Assembly (NCBI GenBank): GCA_963674705.1
Contig: OY771506.1
Span: forward strand, 832,001 to 896,000
DNA: 64,000 bases
Direction: 5' to 3'
From: Phycisphaeraceae bacterium
Lineage (GTDB): Bacteria; Planctomycetota; Phycisphaerae; Phycisphaerales; Phycisphaeraceae
Shown piece after piece: positions 19,434-27,478 of the stretch; the first letter of the stretch is position 1, and each line of letters begins with the position of its first letter. The position numbers and the translations under genes are program-made. The notes under the pieces were generated by a model. It had not been told where the DNA came from. It saw nothing but the letters and a program-made list of their open reading frames with translations, and did not search any database.

Positions 19434-19979
19434 ATGCCTCGCATCCAACCCATCCAAGTCACCGAAGCCGATGACAAGACCCGCAAGCTGCTCGAAGGCG
19501 TCCAACGCGCTCTCGGGATGGTCCCGAACATGATGAAGACGATGGGCCATTCGCCCGCGGCCCTCTCGGCCTACCTCAACTTCAGCGGCGCACTGAACAC
19601 CGCGCTTAATCCCGCACTCCGCGAGCAGATTTCCCTGGCCATCGCCGGGGCTAATCACTGCAACTACTGCGCCTCGGCCCACACCGCGCTGGGCGCAAAC
19701 GCAGGCGTCGACGCCGATGAAATGGCAAGCAACCTTCGTGGTGAATCCGCCGACGCCAAAACATTTGCCGCCATCCGCTTCGCACAGGCCGTGATCGATA
19801 CGCGCGGCTTCGTCCGCGACCAGGACCTCGCCGACATCCGCGACGCGGGCTACAGCGATGCACAGATCGTCGAGATCATCACATTAGTAAGCCTCAACCT
19901 CTTCACCAACTACTTCAACCACATCGCCGAAACCGAGATCGACTTCCCCGTCGTCGAAACCGCCGGTGCCTCGACCTGA
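19434..19979 (+). CDS. Carboxymuconolactone decarboxylase / AhpD-like peroxidase
   Basis: GMVPNMM...HSPAAL; REQISLAIA..NHCNYCASAH; GYSDAQIVEI; N.FTNYFN....EIDFP; AGGAG RBS. Confidence 0.9.
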   Translation: MPRIQPIQVTEADDKTRKLLEGVQRALGMVPNMMKTMGHSPAALSAYLNFSGALNTALNPALREQISLAIAGANHCNYCASAHTALGANAGVDADEMASNLRGESADAKTFAAIRFAQAVIDTRGFVRDQDLADIRDAGYSDAQIVEIITLVSLNLFTNYFNHIAETEIDFPVVETAGAST

Positions 19980-20047
19980 CAACTCAGCCACTGAAAACGA
20001 ATCAACCTACTAACTCAACATCAAACACCAACACGGAGACTTAACCC

Positions 20048-20900
20048 ATGAACTTCAAAATCCCCGGCATTCTTCTCGGCTCGTTCGCCATCGCGGGCGC
20101 ATTGGCGATGACCATGCTTACCAACGCAGGTGCAACCCCCGCACAAGCCGATGCAAACACACCCGAAAAACATGAAACCCGCCATGTCCGCACACCCGGC
20201 CGGCAAACCCGATGCGCCGCTGCCCAAGTACGACATCAAGCTCGACCCCAAGCGCGTCGCGCTCGTCGTCACCGATCCGCAAAACGACTTTCTCAGCCCG
20301 GACGGCGTCACGTGGGGCGTCGTCGGCGAAAGCGTCACCGAAAACAACACCGTCGAACACATCGACCAGCTCTTCGCCGCCGCACACGACAACAACGTCC
20401 CCGTCTTCATCAGCCCGCACTACTACTTCGAGCACGACCACCGCTGGCACTTCGAAGGCGCGCTCGAAGCGCTCATGCACAAGATCGGCATGTTCGACCG
20501 ACCCCACGCCCTGACGCTTGAAGGCTTCGAAGGCTCCGGCGCAGACTGGCTCGAACAATACAAGTACTACATCAACCACGAAAACACCGTTGTCACCAGC
20601 CCGCATAAAGTGTACGGCCCGGAAACCAATGACCTCGTCCTGCAACTGCGCAAACGCGGCGTCGACCAGGTCATCCTCGCCGGCATGTCCGCGAACCTCT
20701 GCACCGAAGCGCACATGCGTGAACTGATCGAGCAAGGCTTCGAAGTCATCGTCGTCGCCGACGCCACCGCCGCCGCAAAACTCCCCGACTACGACGGCTA
20801 CGAAGCAGCCTTCATCAACTTCCGCTTCATCGCCAACGCCGTCTGGAACACCGACACCGCCGTCAAGCAAATGCAAAAACTCAACGAATCTAACGAATAA
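20048..20900 (+). CDS. Isochorismatase-family cysteine hydrolase, probably exported; frameshift between the signal peptide and the catalytic domain
   Basis: GGAG RBS plus ATG 20048 encodes a signal peptide (MNFKIPGILLGSFAIAGALAM...). The catalytic frame (ALVVTDPQNDF, SPHKVYG, LAGMSANLCTE, VADATA) is +1 relative to it; likely join at A5 20166-20170. Confidence 0.82.
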
Positions 20901-20973
20901 CAACACACTCTCAACCATCAATTAAGAACAAGCCTCCAACTAACCACCAACCCTTAACAAAGGAACCCTAACG

Positions 20974-21489
20974 ATGAAACTTCTCAGCAAAGAAAACATG
21001 ACCAGCTTCTCACTCACCGCCCTCATGGTTGTCGCCATCTTCGCCACCATCGGCGCAGGCGCAAAAACGCAACCCATCGAGCCAAACTCGCGTGCTTACC
21101 TGCACAGCTACAACCTCCCCGCGTCAGGCGTCGCGCTCGACGGCTACTGCCCCGTCGCCTACTTCCTCGCCAACGAACCGATCAAGGGCGACCCCGCATT
21201 CGCCTCCGATTACAACGGCGTCACCTACTACTTCGTCAATGAAGATGCACGCAAACTCTTCGATGAAAACCCCGAAAAGTACCTCCCCGCTTACGGCGGG
21301 TGGTGCGCCTTCGGCATGGCGATCCAAGACAAATTCCCCGTCGACCCCACCAACTTCAAAATCGTCGACGGCAAACTCATGCTCTTCCTGCGCAACGAAA
21401 ACCTCGACGCACTCAAACTCTGGAACCAGAACAACGAACAAAACCAGGTCAAAAAAGCCGACGCCTACTGGAACAAAGTAAGCAACTAA
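20974..21489 (+). CDS. YHS-domain (seleno)protein family, secreted
   Basis: Signal peptide; ALDGYCPVAYF; YNGVTYYF; F.ENPEKYLPAYGGWCAFGM; VDPTNFKIVDGKL.L; ADAYW. Confidence 0.87.
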   Translation: MKLLSKENMTSFSLTALMVVAIFATIGAGAKTQPIEPNSRAYLHSYNLPASGVALDGYCPVAYFLANEPIKGDPAFASDYNGVTYYFVNEDARKLFDENPEKYLPAYGGWCAFGMAIQDKFPVDPTNFKIVDGKLMLFLRNENLDALKLWNQNNEQNQVKKADAYWNKVSN

Positions 21490-21639
21490 CCCCCACAACC
21501 CCCCGGCGTGGTCGCTTCAGCGATCCACGTCCGCATCGAACCCCCACAACCCTCCCTCAGCCACGAGGCCCAACCGCTTCGTCGGCTGATTCTCCCAAAC
21601 ACAACAACCTTCTCGCTCCCAATAAAGGACACAAACACC

Positions 21640-22056
21640 ATGGCATCCCCCACCGACATCCGCCCGCCGTTCAACGCACAAACCGCCCGCGCCAAAGTCC
21701 AGGCCGCCGAAGACGCGTGGAACAGCCGCGACCCCAAGCGAGTCTCGCTCGCCTACACACCCGACTCCCAATGGCGCAACCGCGACGAGTTCTTCACCGG
21801 CCGCGACGCCATCCAGGCATTCCTCACACGCAAGTGGGAAAATGAACTCGACTACCGACTCATGAAAGAACTCTGGGCCTACACCGACAACCGCATCAGC
21901 GTCCGCTTCGAATACGAATGGCACAACGCCCAAGGCCAATGGTTCCGAACCCACGGCAACGAACAGTGGGAATTCGACTCCACCGGCCTCATGCGCCGCC
22001 GAGACATGAGCGCCAACGACATCCCCATCCAACAATCCGACCGCCGCTATCTGTAA
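21640..22056 (+). CDS. DUF1348 / NTF2-like protein
   Basis: [60 protein letters not shown] before ATG 21640. Confidence 0.92.
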   Translation: MASPTDIRPPFNAQTARAKVQAAEDAWNSRDPKRVSLAYTPDSQWRNRDEFFTGRDAIQAFLTRKWENELDYRLMKELWAYTDNRISVRFEYEWHNAQGQWFRTHGNEQWEFDSTGLMRRRDMSANDIPIQQSDRRYL

Positions 22057-22069
22057 CCCCCCCTCTTCC

Positions 22070-22103
22070 TCCCTCTCCCCCTGGGAGAGGGCCGGGGTGA
22101 GGG
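22070..22103. repeat. REP-like palindromic element CCCTCTCCC-N-GGGAGAGGG-CCGGGGTGAGGG
   Basis: Hairpin ccctctccc/gggagaggg between convergent genes; could also act as a terminator. Confidence 0.7.
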
Positions 22104-22234
22104 CCACAACTGCTTACGCGATCCATGCTTCCCCCTCCCATCCGATTTATCTGATCCATCCGAGCCAACTCTTCTTCTCTTATCCTCTTCTTCTTATCCG
22201 TGTTAATCCGTGTCCATCTGTGGCTAATTCTTCC

Positions 22235-23422
22235 TCACTCATCCATCGCCTCATCCAACTTCGCCTGCCGCTTCACGATCGCCTGGCAATACCGATCGTA
22301 AACCGCGCGCAGCTTCGCATCCGTCTGCTCGCTCAGCTTCAACAACCCCCCGCCGCCCTCGTAATGCGCCATCGCCGCACGCTCCATCGCGCCGCCTTTT
22401 TCAAACGCATCCAGGTACGCATGCATCCGCGGCAAGAAATCCTCCGGCTGCGAGATGATCCGACCATCCCACTCCATCTCCATCCCCATACCATGCGCCT
22501 TGCCAAACGCGACCGCCTCATCTAACCGCTCATCTGCGACCTTACCCGGATGGAAAAAATGGTTCGGCTGCTGGTACGCCGCATCAAAACCCATCGCCTT
22601 CCAATCCCCCGCGCCCCGCGCGTTCCAATAAGGGATCCACAAAAACTTCCAACCATGCCCCCTTACCAACTCACCCACCCGCGGCAGCACCTGCTCCCCT
22701 TCGTTGGCCGTCGTCTCCGCCACCCAGTAAATCCCGACTAACTCGATATGCTCAAACCCCGCCGCCGCCCAACGCTTTTCCAGTTCATCCAAATACCACG
22801 CCGCCGCAGCGACACGGTCCTCCGCCTTGCTGAAGTTGAGCATCTTCCCATCGACTTCGCCCCACGCATCCAACGTAATGATCGGCTCAGGCAACGTGAT
22901 CGCCACCCGCCTTTTTCGTATTGGTTCTCCAACCCCCGGAATTCCCGCCCCCGGATTCCCCGCCACAACCTCGCCGATCTTCTCATCCAGCGCATGCAGC
23001 GCCTTGCCCTCTTCAAAGTACCGATCTAATAGCCACGCCCAATGCTCCTTCGCGGCCGGCTTCTGCCCATACCCCTTCGCATACTCCTGCCCGCGCGCAT
23101 CCTTGAACTCGATAAACAAAAACCCATCAAACAACCACTTACCTTGCCCACCGTCCGGCCCAACATAAACCACGTAAGGCCCAAACTGCTCCGAAGTCCA
23201 ATCCATCCGATGAGCACCCCCCGCATAAATCAAAGCCCAATCCCCCACACCCCCCGTCTCCACCGCGCCCGGCGCTATAAACTCCCCACCCCCCAGCCCA
23301 CCCCCCGGAACATCCCCCGAAACTTCAGATTCCTCCGCACTAGCATTGCAAGCACCACCCAAAACCAACAACCCCCCAACAACAAACAGAACCAGTAAAT
23401 GCTGCACGTGTCGATCCTTCAT
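22235..23422 (-). CDS. DUF4855 domain lipoprotein (putative glycoside hydrolase-like)
   Basis: Lipobox LGGAC; LIYAGG; WLFDGFLFIEF; GIYWVAE; WIPYWNARG...GFDAAYQQPNHFF; GMEMEWD; ATG 23422. Confidence 0.8.
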   Translation of the reverse strand: MKDRHVQHLLVLFVVGGLLVLGGACNASAEESEVSGDVPGGGLGGGEFIAPGAVETGGVGDWALIYAGGAHRMDWTSEQFGPYVVYVGPDGGQGKWLFDGFLFIEFKDARGQEYAKGYGQKPAAKEHWAWLLDRYFEEGKALHALDEKIGEVVAGNPGAGIPGVGEPIRKRRVAITLPEPIITLDAWGEVDGKMLNFSKAEDRVAAAAWYLDELEKRWAAAGFEHIELVGIYWVAETTANEGEQVLPRVGELVRGHGWKFLWIPYWNARGAGDWKAMGFDAAYQQPNHFFHPGKVADERLDEAVAFGKAHGMGMEMEWDGRIISQPEDFLPRMHAYLDAFEKGGAMERAAMAHYEGGGGLLKLSEQTDAKLRAVYDRYCQAIVKRQAKLDEAMDE

Positions 23423-23519
23423 ATACAACCAAAAGAAATACAAGATTCGCCATTCTACCCCCGAAGCCCACGTTCTCCGAACGTGGGCCCTCCCCCACAA
23501 AACACAATCCTCCCCCCAG

Positions 23520-23540
23520 CAAGCCGCTCGCGGCTTAGCG
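23520..23540 (-). repeat. Dispersed 21-bp palindromic repeat, copy 1
   Basis: Reverse complement CGCTAAGCCGCGAGCGGCTTG matches 57926-57946 at 20 of 21 positions. Confidence 0.75.
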
Positions 23541-23633
23541 TAACATGCCAAAACTGATCCCCGAAGCAAGTTCACCTCAAATCAACCCTAGCCACAATCA
23601 ATTAAAGTGCACGCATCCTTTTTCTTGCCGGGC

Positions 23634-24818
23634 CTACTTCAATTGGTGAGACTTGCCGAATACGGTGATTCGTTCAATAGGCCAGTCGATCGTGTGCTCC
23701 ATAATCATCCGGCCATTAAGCTTGACCTGAAGTACCTTGCCTTGGTTCTGTTTTGTTAGTTCTTTCAACTTCCTCCATGCCTTGGGCGCGAGATCTGTAC
23801 GACCAGCACTGTCCGTGAAGTCCTGCTCCGTAAACCACGCGTCATCATCTACCAAACCGACCTGAATCTGTAGGGGTGTTGCTAGATCCGCATCTGAAGT
23901 GAGATTAACCGACCAATATTCAACATGATCCCAATCCGCAGTTTCTTTCGGCAGATCAAATACGCCGTCGTCGATCGGTTGGTCGCGGACGTACTCGTCA
24001 TACGTAAGTGTAATTGAGCGGAGACCCCCCTCGTATTCATATTCGAACTTCATCTGCCACTTAACCGGCAGATGGCTCTCATCATTCACCCATACAAATA
24101 CGCTCTCATGACTATTGGCTGACGAATATTTATTTCTCGCAACTATTTGTTCCGCGGGAACACTGAAACATAAAGTACGCTGACCACGAATCTGTTCTTC
24201 ACCCACAAGTGTTGCGTTACGGGCGGTAACCAACCTCTGGATATACGCGTCGGCCTCATCAATACTATCTGGCTTCAATTTTCCGACTGGCGGAAACTCT
24301 ATACCCCGTATGCGTTCGACCTTCTGTGCTTCGTAATCGACGACTTCATGGACATTGTCTGAGCGAATAAAGGTGATCTTGTCGAGTATACGACCATCTA
24401 TAGCCTTCGATCCGTCTTTGTAAGCATCAAGCCGTGAGCCCAAGCCCACTTTGGCCCGGTACAGTGCCCGCGCATTTAACTCGCGGACGTCCCGGCCATC
24501 TTCTCGACGCGTCGTCTCCTGCGTTATCCAAAGTTGAATAGTATGTGCGGGTTGAGCCAATGTGGCTTGCATCTGTTCCCAGGCATGCGCGGGTTGAGCA
24601 TTGATCGACATCAGCCCCCAGACCACAGCGATCGCCACACATGCAGCTAATGCACCACCGATACTGACCGGAAGTCTCCAATGGTGTGCAGCAGGTTTAA
24701 ACTGTTCGACCCTCTCCAACAAACGTAATTCGGTATCGGGTGGAACAGTGTCACACAAAGCCTTGCCTAGAAGTTGATCAACAGGGTGTTCGTCGTTTGA
24801 TTGATTACTGTGAGTCAT
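23634..24818 (-). CDS. Putative anti-sigma factor: one TM helix plus a periplasmic LolA-like/outer domain
   Basis: Overlaps the ECF gene 3' end; VDQLLGKAL.DTVPPD.E.RLL; TM ALAACVAIAVVW; AHAWEQM; GEEQIRGQRT.CF; VWVN..SHLPVK; DQPIDDGVFDLP. Confidence 0.7.
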   Translation of the reverse strand: MTHSNQSNDEHPVDQLLGKALCDTVPPDTELRLLERVEQFKPAAHHWRLPVSIGGALAACVAIAVVWGLMSINAQPAHAWEQMQATLAQPAHTIQLWITQETTRREDGRDVRELNARALYRAKVGLGSRLDAYKDGSKAIDGRILDKITFIRSDNVHEVVDYEAQKVERIRGIEFPPVGKLKPDSIDEADAYIQRLVTARNATLVGEEQIRGQRTLCFSVPAEQIVARNKYSSANSHESVFVWVNDESHLPVKWQMKFEYEYEGGLRSITLTYDEYVRDQPIDDGVFDLPKETADWDHVEYWSVNLTSDADLATPLQIQVGLVDDDAWFTEQDFTDSAGRTDLAPKAWRKLKELTKQNQGKVLQVKLNGRMIMEHTIDWPIERITVFGKSHQLK

Positions 24819-25329
24819 AACACACCTCCTGCGACATGGATGATGCCAATCTTTGTCGTAATGTTTCCCGGGCCCGCCGGACATGCCCACGGGTGGTCGA
24901 GGCAGTGCAGCCAAGGACTGCAGCGACTTCGTCATAAGACAACCGTTCGATCACACGCAGATAGATCGCTTCGGCCTGTTGATGCGGCAGTTTGGCAATC
25001 TCAAAAAGCACTTGATCTTGTGCTTCCATGTCTATCATGCCATCCAAAGGCTGCCGGGTTTTATCCGTCAACGAAGCGGGTATCGGTTCGGTATGGTTTC
25101 GAATCCGTTGCCGTAGCAGGTCCATCGCTGCTTGAAAACAGATCCGGACAATCAGTGCTGGCGGATTTGAGTGAGTCGTCACTTCACGACGCATCTTCCA
25201 TATGCGTAACAACGCGTTCTGTAATGCATCATCAGCCTGATCGGCGTCCCGCAGCACACGCCAAACAACTGCCGCCATCTGTCTTCGGGTTTGCTGAAGG
25301 TGATGGATCAGGTCGTCTTGTTGGTTCAT
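24805..25329 (-). CDS. ECF RNA polymerase sigma-70 factor
   Basis: ADDALQNALLRIW; AAMDLLR; LPHQQAEAIYLR..ERLSYDEVAAVLGCTASTTRGHVRRAR..LR; GGAGG RBS. Confidence 0.88.
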   Translation of the reverse strand: MNQQDDLIHHLQQTRRQMAAVVWRVLRDADQADDALQNALLRIWKMRREVTTHSNPPALIVRICFQAAMDLLRQRIRNHTEPIPASLTDKTRQPLDGMIDMEAQDQVLFEIAKLPHQQAEAIYLRVIERLSYDEVAAVLGCTASTTRGHVRRARETLRQRLASSMSQEVCYDSQ

Positions 25330-25486
25330 GGAGCCTCCACACCCTCATTAACGATCTCGAAAATACTTGTGTGCGCAGGGAGAGTGATAAATATTGGATA
25401 TTCTCCATTCGACATATAACCGACACTTAAAAACCAATGCAACCTCTCCATCGTGCGAGCACAGCAAGTAGCATGGGTATTCGCTT

Positions 25487-25667
25487 CGTAGGGTGGGTGG
25501 AGCAACGCGATACCCACCGATCCGATGCTATCGGATGACCAGCTTCACCTTTTTCGCTATCAATCAAACACAACAGAAGCCGGCTGGCTATTCTTCGTTA
25601 TAAATACGCGCTCAACAACATACCGACCTCCAACCAGTGGGTATCGCTTCGCTCCACCCACCCTACG
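25487..25667. repeat. Inverted pair of GTAG-type REP sequences (REPIN-like doublet)
   Basis: cGTAGggtgggtggagcaacgcgatacccacc (25487-25518) and gtgggtatcgcttcgctccacccaccCTACg (25637-25667) are near-exact reverse complements about 120 bp apart. Confidence 0.8.
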
Positions 25668-26215
25668 GCGAAACTGAACCCATGCCACTTCCTGCATCCA
25701 AACAACCACACCGATCAACCACCACCGCGCGCACAGGTGTGTCGTGATCCTGTAATAGGGGGAGCGGTTTTGTTCGGCCATGCGTGGTGCAAGGCGTCGG
25801 ACAGGTTCGTGGCCGGGCAATGTCCGGGAAGTGGCTGGGGGTGGCCGGGACTTCCGGGGGATGTCCGGGGCGGACACTTGTGAGGCCAAAGGGTGGCCTC
25901 AGAGGGTAAAAACAAAGGGGGCGGACGTCCTACCCCCTGAAGGCGGACACGTGCTAAGTCTTGCTATGACAAGTAAATACCGGGAGAATAGCGTCGGCGA
26001 ACGGAGGGAGGGGCGGACAGGCCTTGCCGTGAGGCACACCGGGTCTATCTCGCAGGCGTCCGGCCGGGAGTTAGGCTAAGATGCCCGCCGCGACGTCTGT
26101 CGGCTATATCCGGATGCGTGTTATGAAATAGATCTGCCGATCGTGCGTTTATCCGGACCCGACCCGATCGGAAGAAGACAAAAACCCTCATTCAACCTGT
26201 ATGGAGCCTGTTTAC

Positions 26216-26692
26216 ATGAAGTTTCAGTCGATCACCCTGTTGGCCCTGGCCTTGACCATTCCCGTCGTCGTGGGTTGTGAGAAGAAGTCGAACACCCCGC
26301 CCGCCGCCGGGTCAGGCGAGGTGGCCGTAGCCGCTGCTGAATTCGACTCGCTGCATGACCTGATGGGGGAGTTGGCGGACAACTATAAGTTCCTGCGTCG
26401 CAACACCGAATCGGGTGATACCGACGAACTGCTCCAGCATGCCGCCGCGATGCGGGACCTGGTCGCGCAGGCGAAGACGATGACGCCGGAGCAGGTCGAG
26501 GACGCCGCGGATGCGGATAAGGAGGCGTTGGAAGCGTCTTTCCACAAGCACCTGGACGCCATTGGCCCGGCCTTGGATGACTACGAAGCCGCTATCATCG
26601 CAGACGACCGCGTCGCAGCCGAGAAGGCAGTGAATGAGTTGCACGAAGCCGAGGAAAAGGGCCACGAAGCCCTTGGCGTCAAGGACGACTGA
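26216..26692 (+). CDS. Cytochrome b562-like four-helix-bundle lipoprotein
   Basis: GGAG RBS; lipobox VVGC. SLHDLMGELADNYK, AMRDLVAQAKTMTPEQVED and ELHEAEEKGH align by eye to E. coli CybC DLEDNMETLNDNLK, KMRAAALDAQKATPPKLED and QLKTTRNAYH; the Met and His ligand positions are kept. Confidence 0.65.
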   Translation: MKFQSITLLALALTIPVVVGCEKKSNTPPAAGSGEVAVAAAEFDSLHDLMGELADNYKFLRRNTESGDTDELLQHAAAMRDLVAQAKTMTPEQVEDAADADKEALEASFHKHLDAIGPALDDYEAAIIADDRVAAEKAVNELHEAEEKGHEALGVKDD

Positions 26693-26706
26693 TCACCGGA
26701 TCGCCT

Positions 26707-27078
26707 ATGAAGCCCCAAACCTTCCAACGCCTGCGTTCGCTGCACCGCTGGGCCGGCCTGTTCTTCGCCCCGCTGATTATCCTCTTCGCGATCTCGGGCA
26801 TGCTGCAGGTCCTCGGCGCCGGCGACTGGGAGATGCCTGGCTGGATGTACAGCATCTACGATGCCCTGGAAGATGCGCACCAGAACCAGTACTTCCGCAA
26901 GGACACCGCGCTGCGTGATGTGGCGCAGTGGTTAGCGGTGCTGTTGTGTCTGGTGCTGAGCCTGACATCGCTGCTGGGCGTGGTGATGGCGTACAAGATG
27001 TTCCCGAAGAAACGCATCCTGATCACGATCGTGCTCGTGCTGGGCGTTGCAGTGCCGGCGGTGCTGCTATTGGTGTGA
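26707..27078 (+). CDS. Small PepSY-associated TM helix membrane protein
   Basis: LRSLHRWAGLFFAP.IILFAISG motif; second His (DAH); SLLGVVM; 3 TM helices. Confidence 0.72.
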   Translation: MKPQTFQRLRSLHRWAGLFFAPLIILFAISGMLQVLGAGDWEMPGWMYSIYDALEDAHQNQYFRKDTALRDVAQWLAVLLCLVLSLTSLLGVVMAYKMFPKKRILITIVLVLGVAVPAVLLLV

Positions 27079-27110
27079 GTGATATGGCATGAACGATCTG
27101 GTGTGCACGA

Positions 27111-27191
27111 TCAATCCAGCGGGTTGATGACTAAACCCGTCGCCAGCTTGGGATAGAAGAACGTGCTCTTCTGCGGCATCAGTTCGCCGGC
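27111..27191 (-). repeat. Displaced duplicate of the last 27 codons of the DUF1015 gene
   Basis: 78 of 81 bases identical to 27479-27559; encodes AGELMPQKSTFFYPKLATGLVINPLD*. Confidence 0.95.
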
Positions 27192-27275
27192 ATTAATATC
27201 CGCTGGATTGTGTTTGACACATCGGACACGGGCAACCAAGATGTGTTGCATCATCAAGAACATTCTGGAGGTCAC

Positions 27276-27470
27276 ATGTCACAACCATTGACAATGATGA
27301 TACTGTTCATCGGATTACTGGGGGGGTTCTTCAGCCTTGCCATGCTGGCAACCAGCGGTTCCGGCGACACCCCCGTTGCATACGTGGGCTACCTTCAAAC
27401 GTGTGCCATCTTAATTGGTGCTGCGACAATCGCGGCTGCGATCCGAGAGCGCGGTAATACGGATCGGTGA
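27276..27470 (+). CDS. Small two-TM membrane protein (64 aa) lying between the duplicated gene ends
   Basis: GGAGG RBS, ATG 27276, two hydrophobic helices; TTGACA at 27214 upstream. Confidence 0.6.
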   Translation: MSQPLTMMILFIGLLGGFFSLAMLATSGSGDTPVAYVGYLQTCAILIGAATIAAAIRERGNTDR

Positions 27471-27478
27471 TGGTACCT

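Noticed and set aside
25860..26020. Bona fide Tn7-like transposon end
   Set aside because: Only a 9-bp core resembles Tn7 termini; no terminal TGT in register, partner end, target duplication or tns genes
25990..26080. tRNA/att remnant or SRP RNA
   Set aside because: No T-loop GTTCRA, acceptor stem or SRP core motif found on either strand
25700..26200. Replication origin or dif site at the skew flip
   Set aside because: No DnaA boxes, AT-rich unwinding element, dnaA/dnaN or XerC/D consensus seen; kept only as a skew observation
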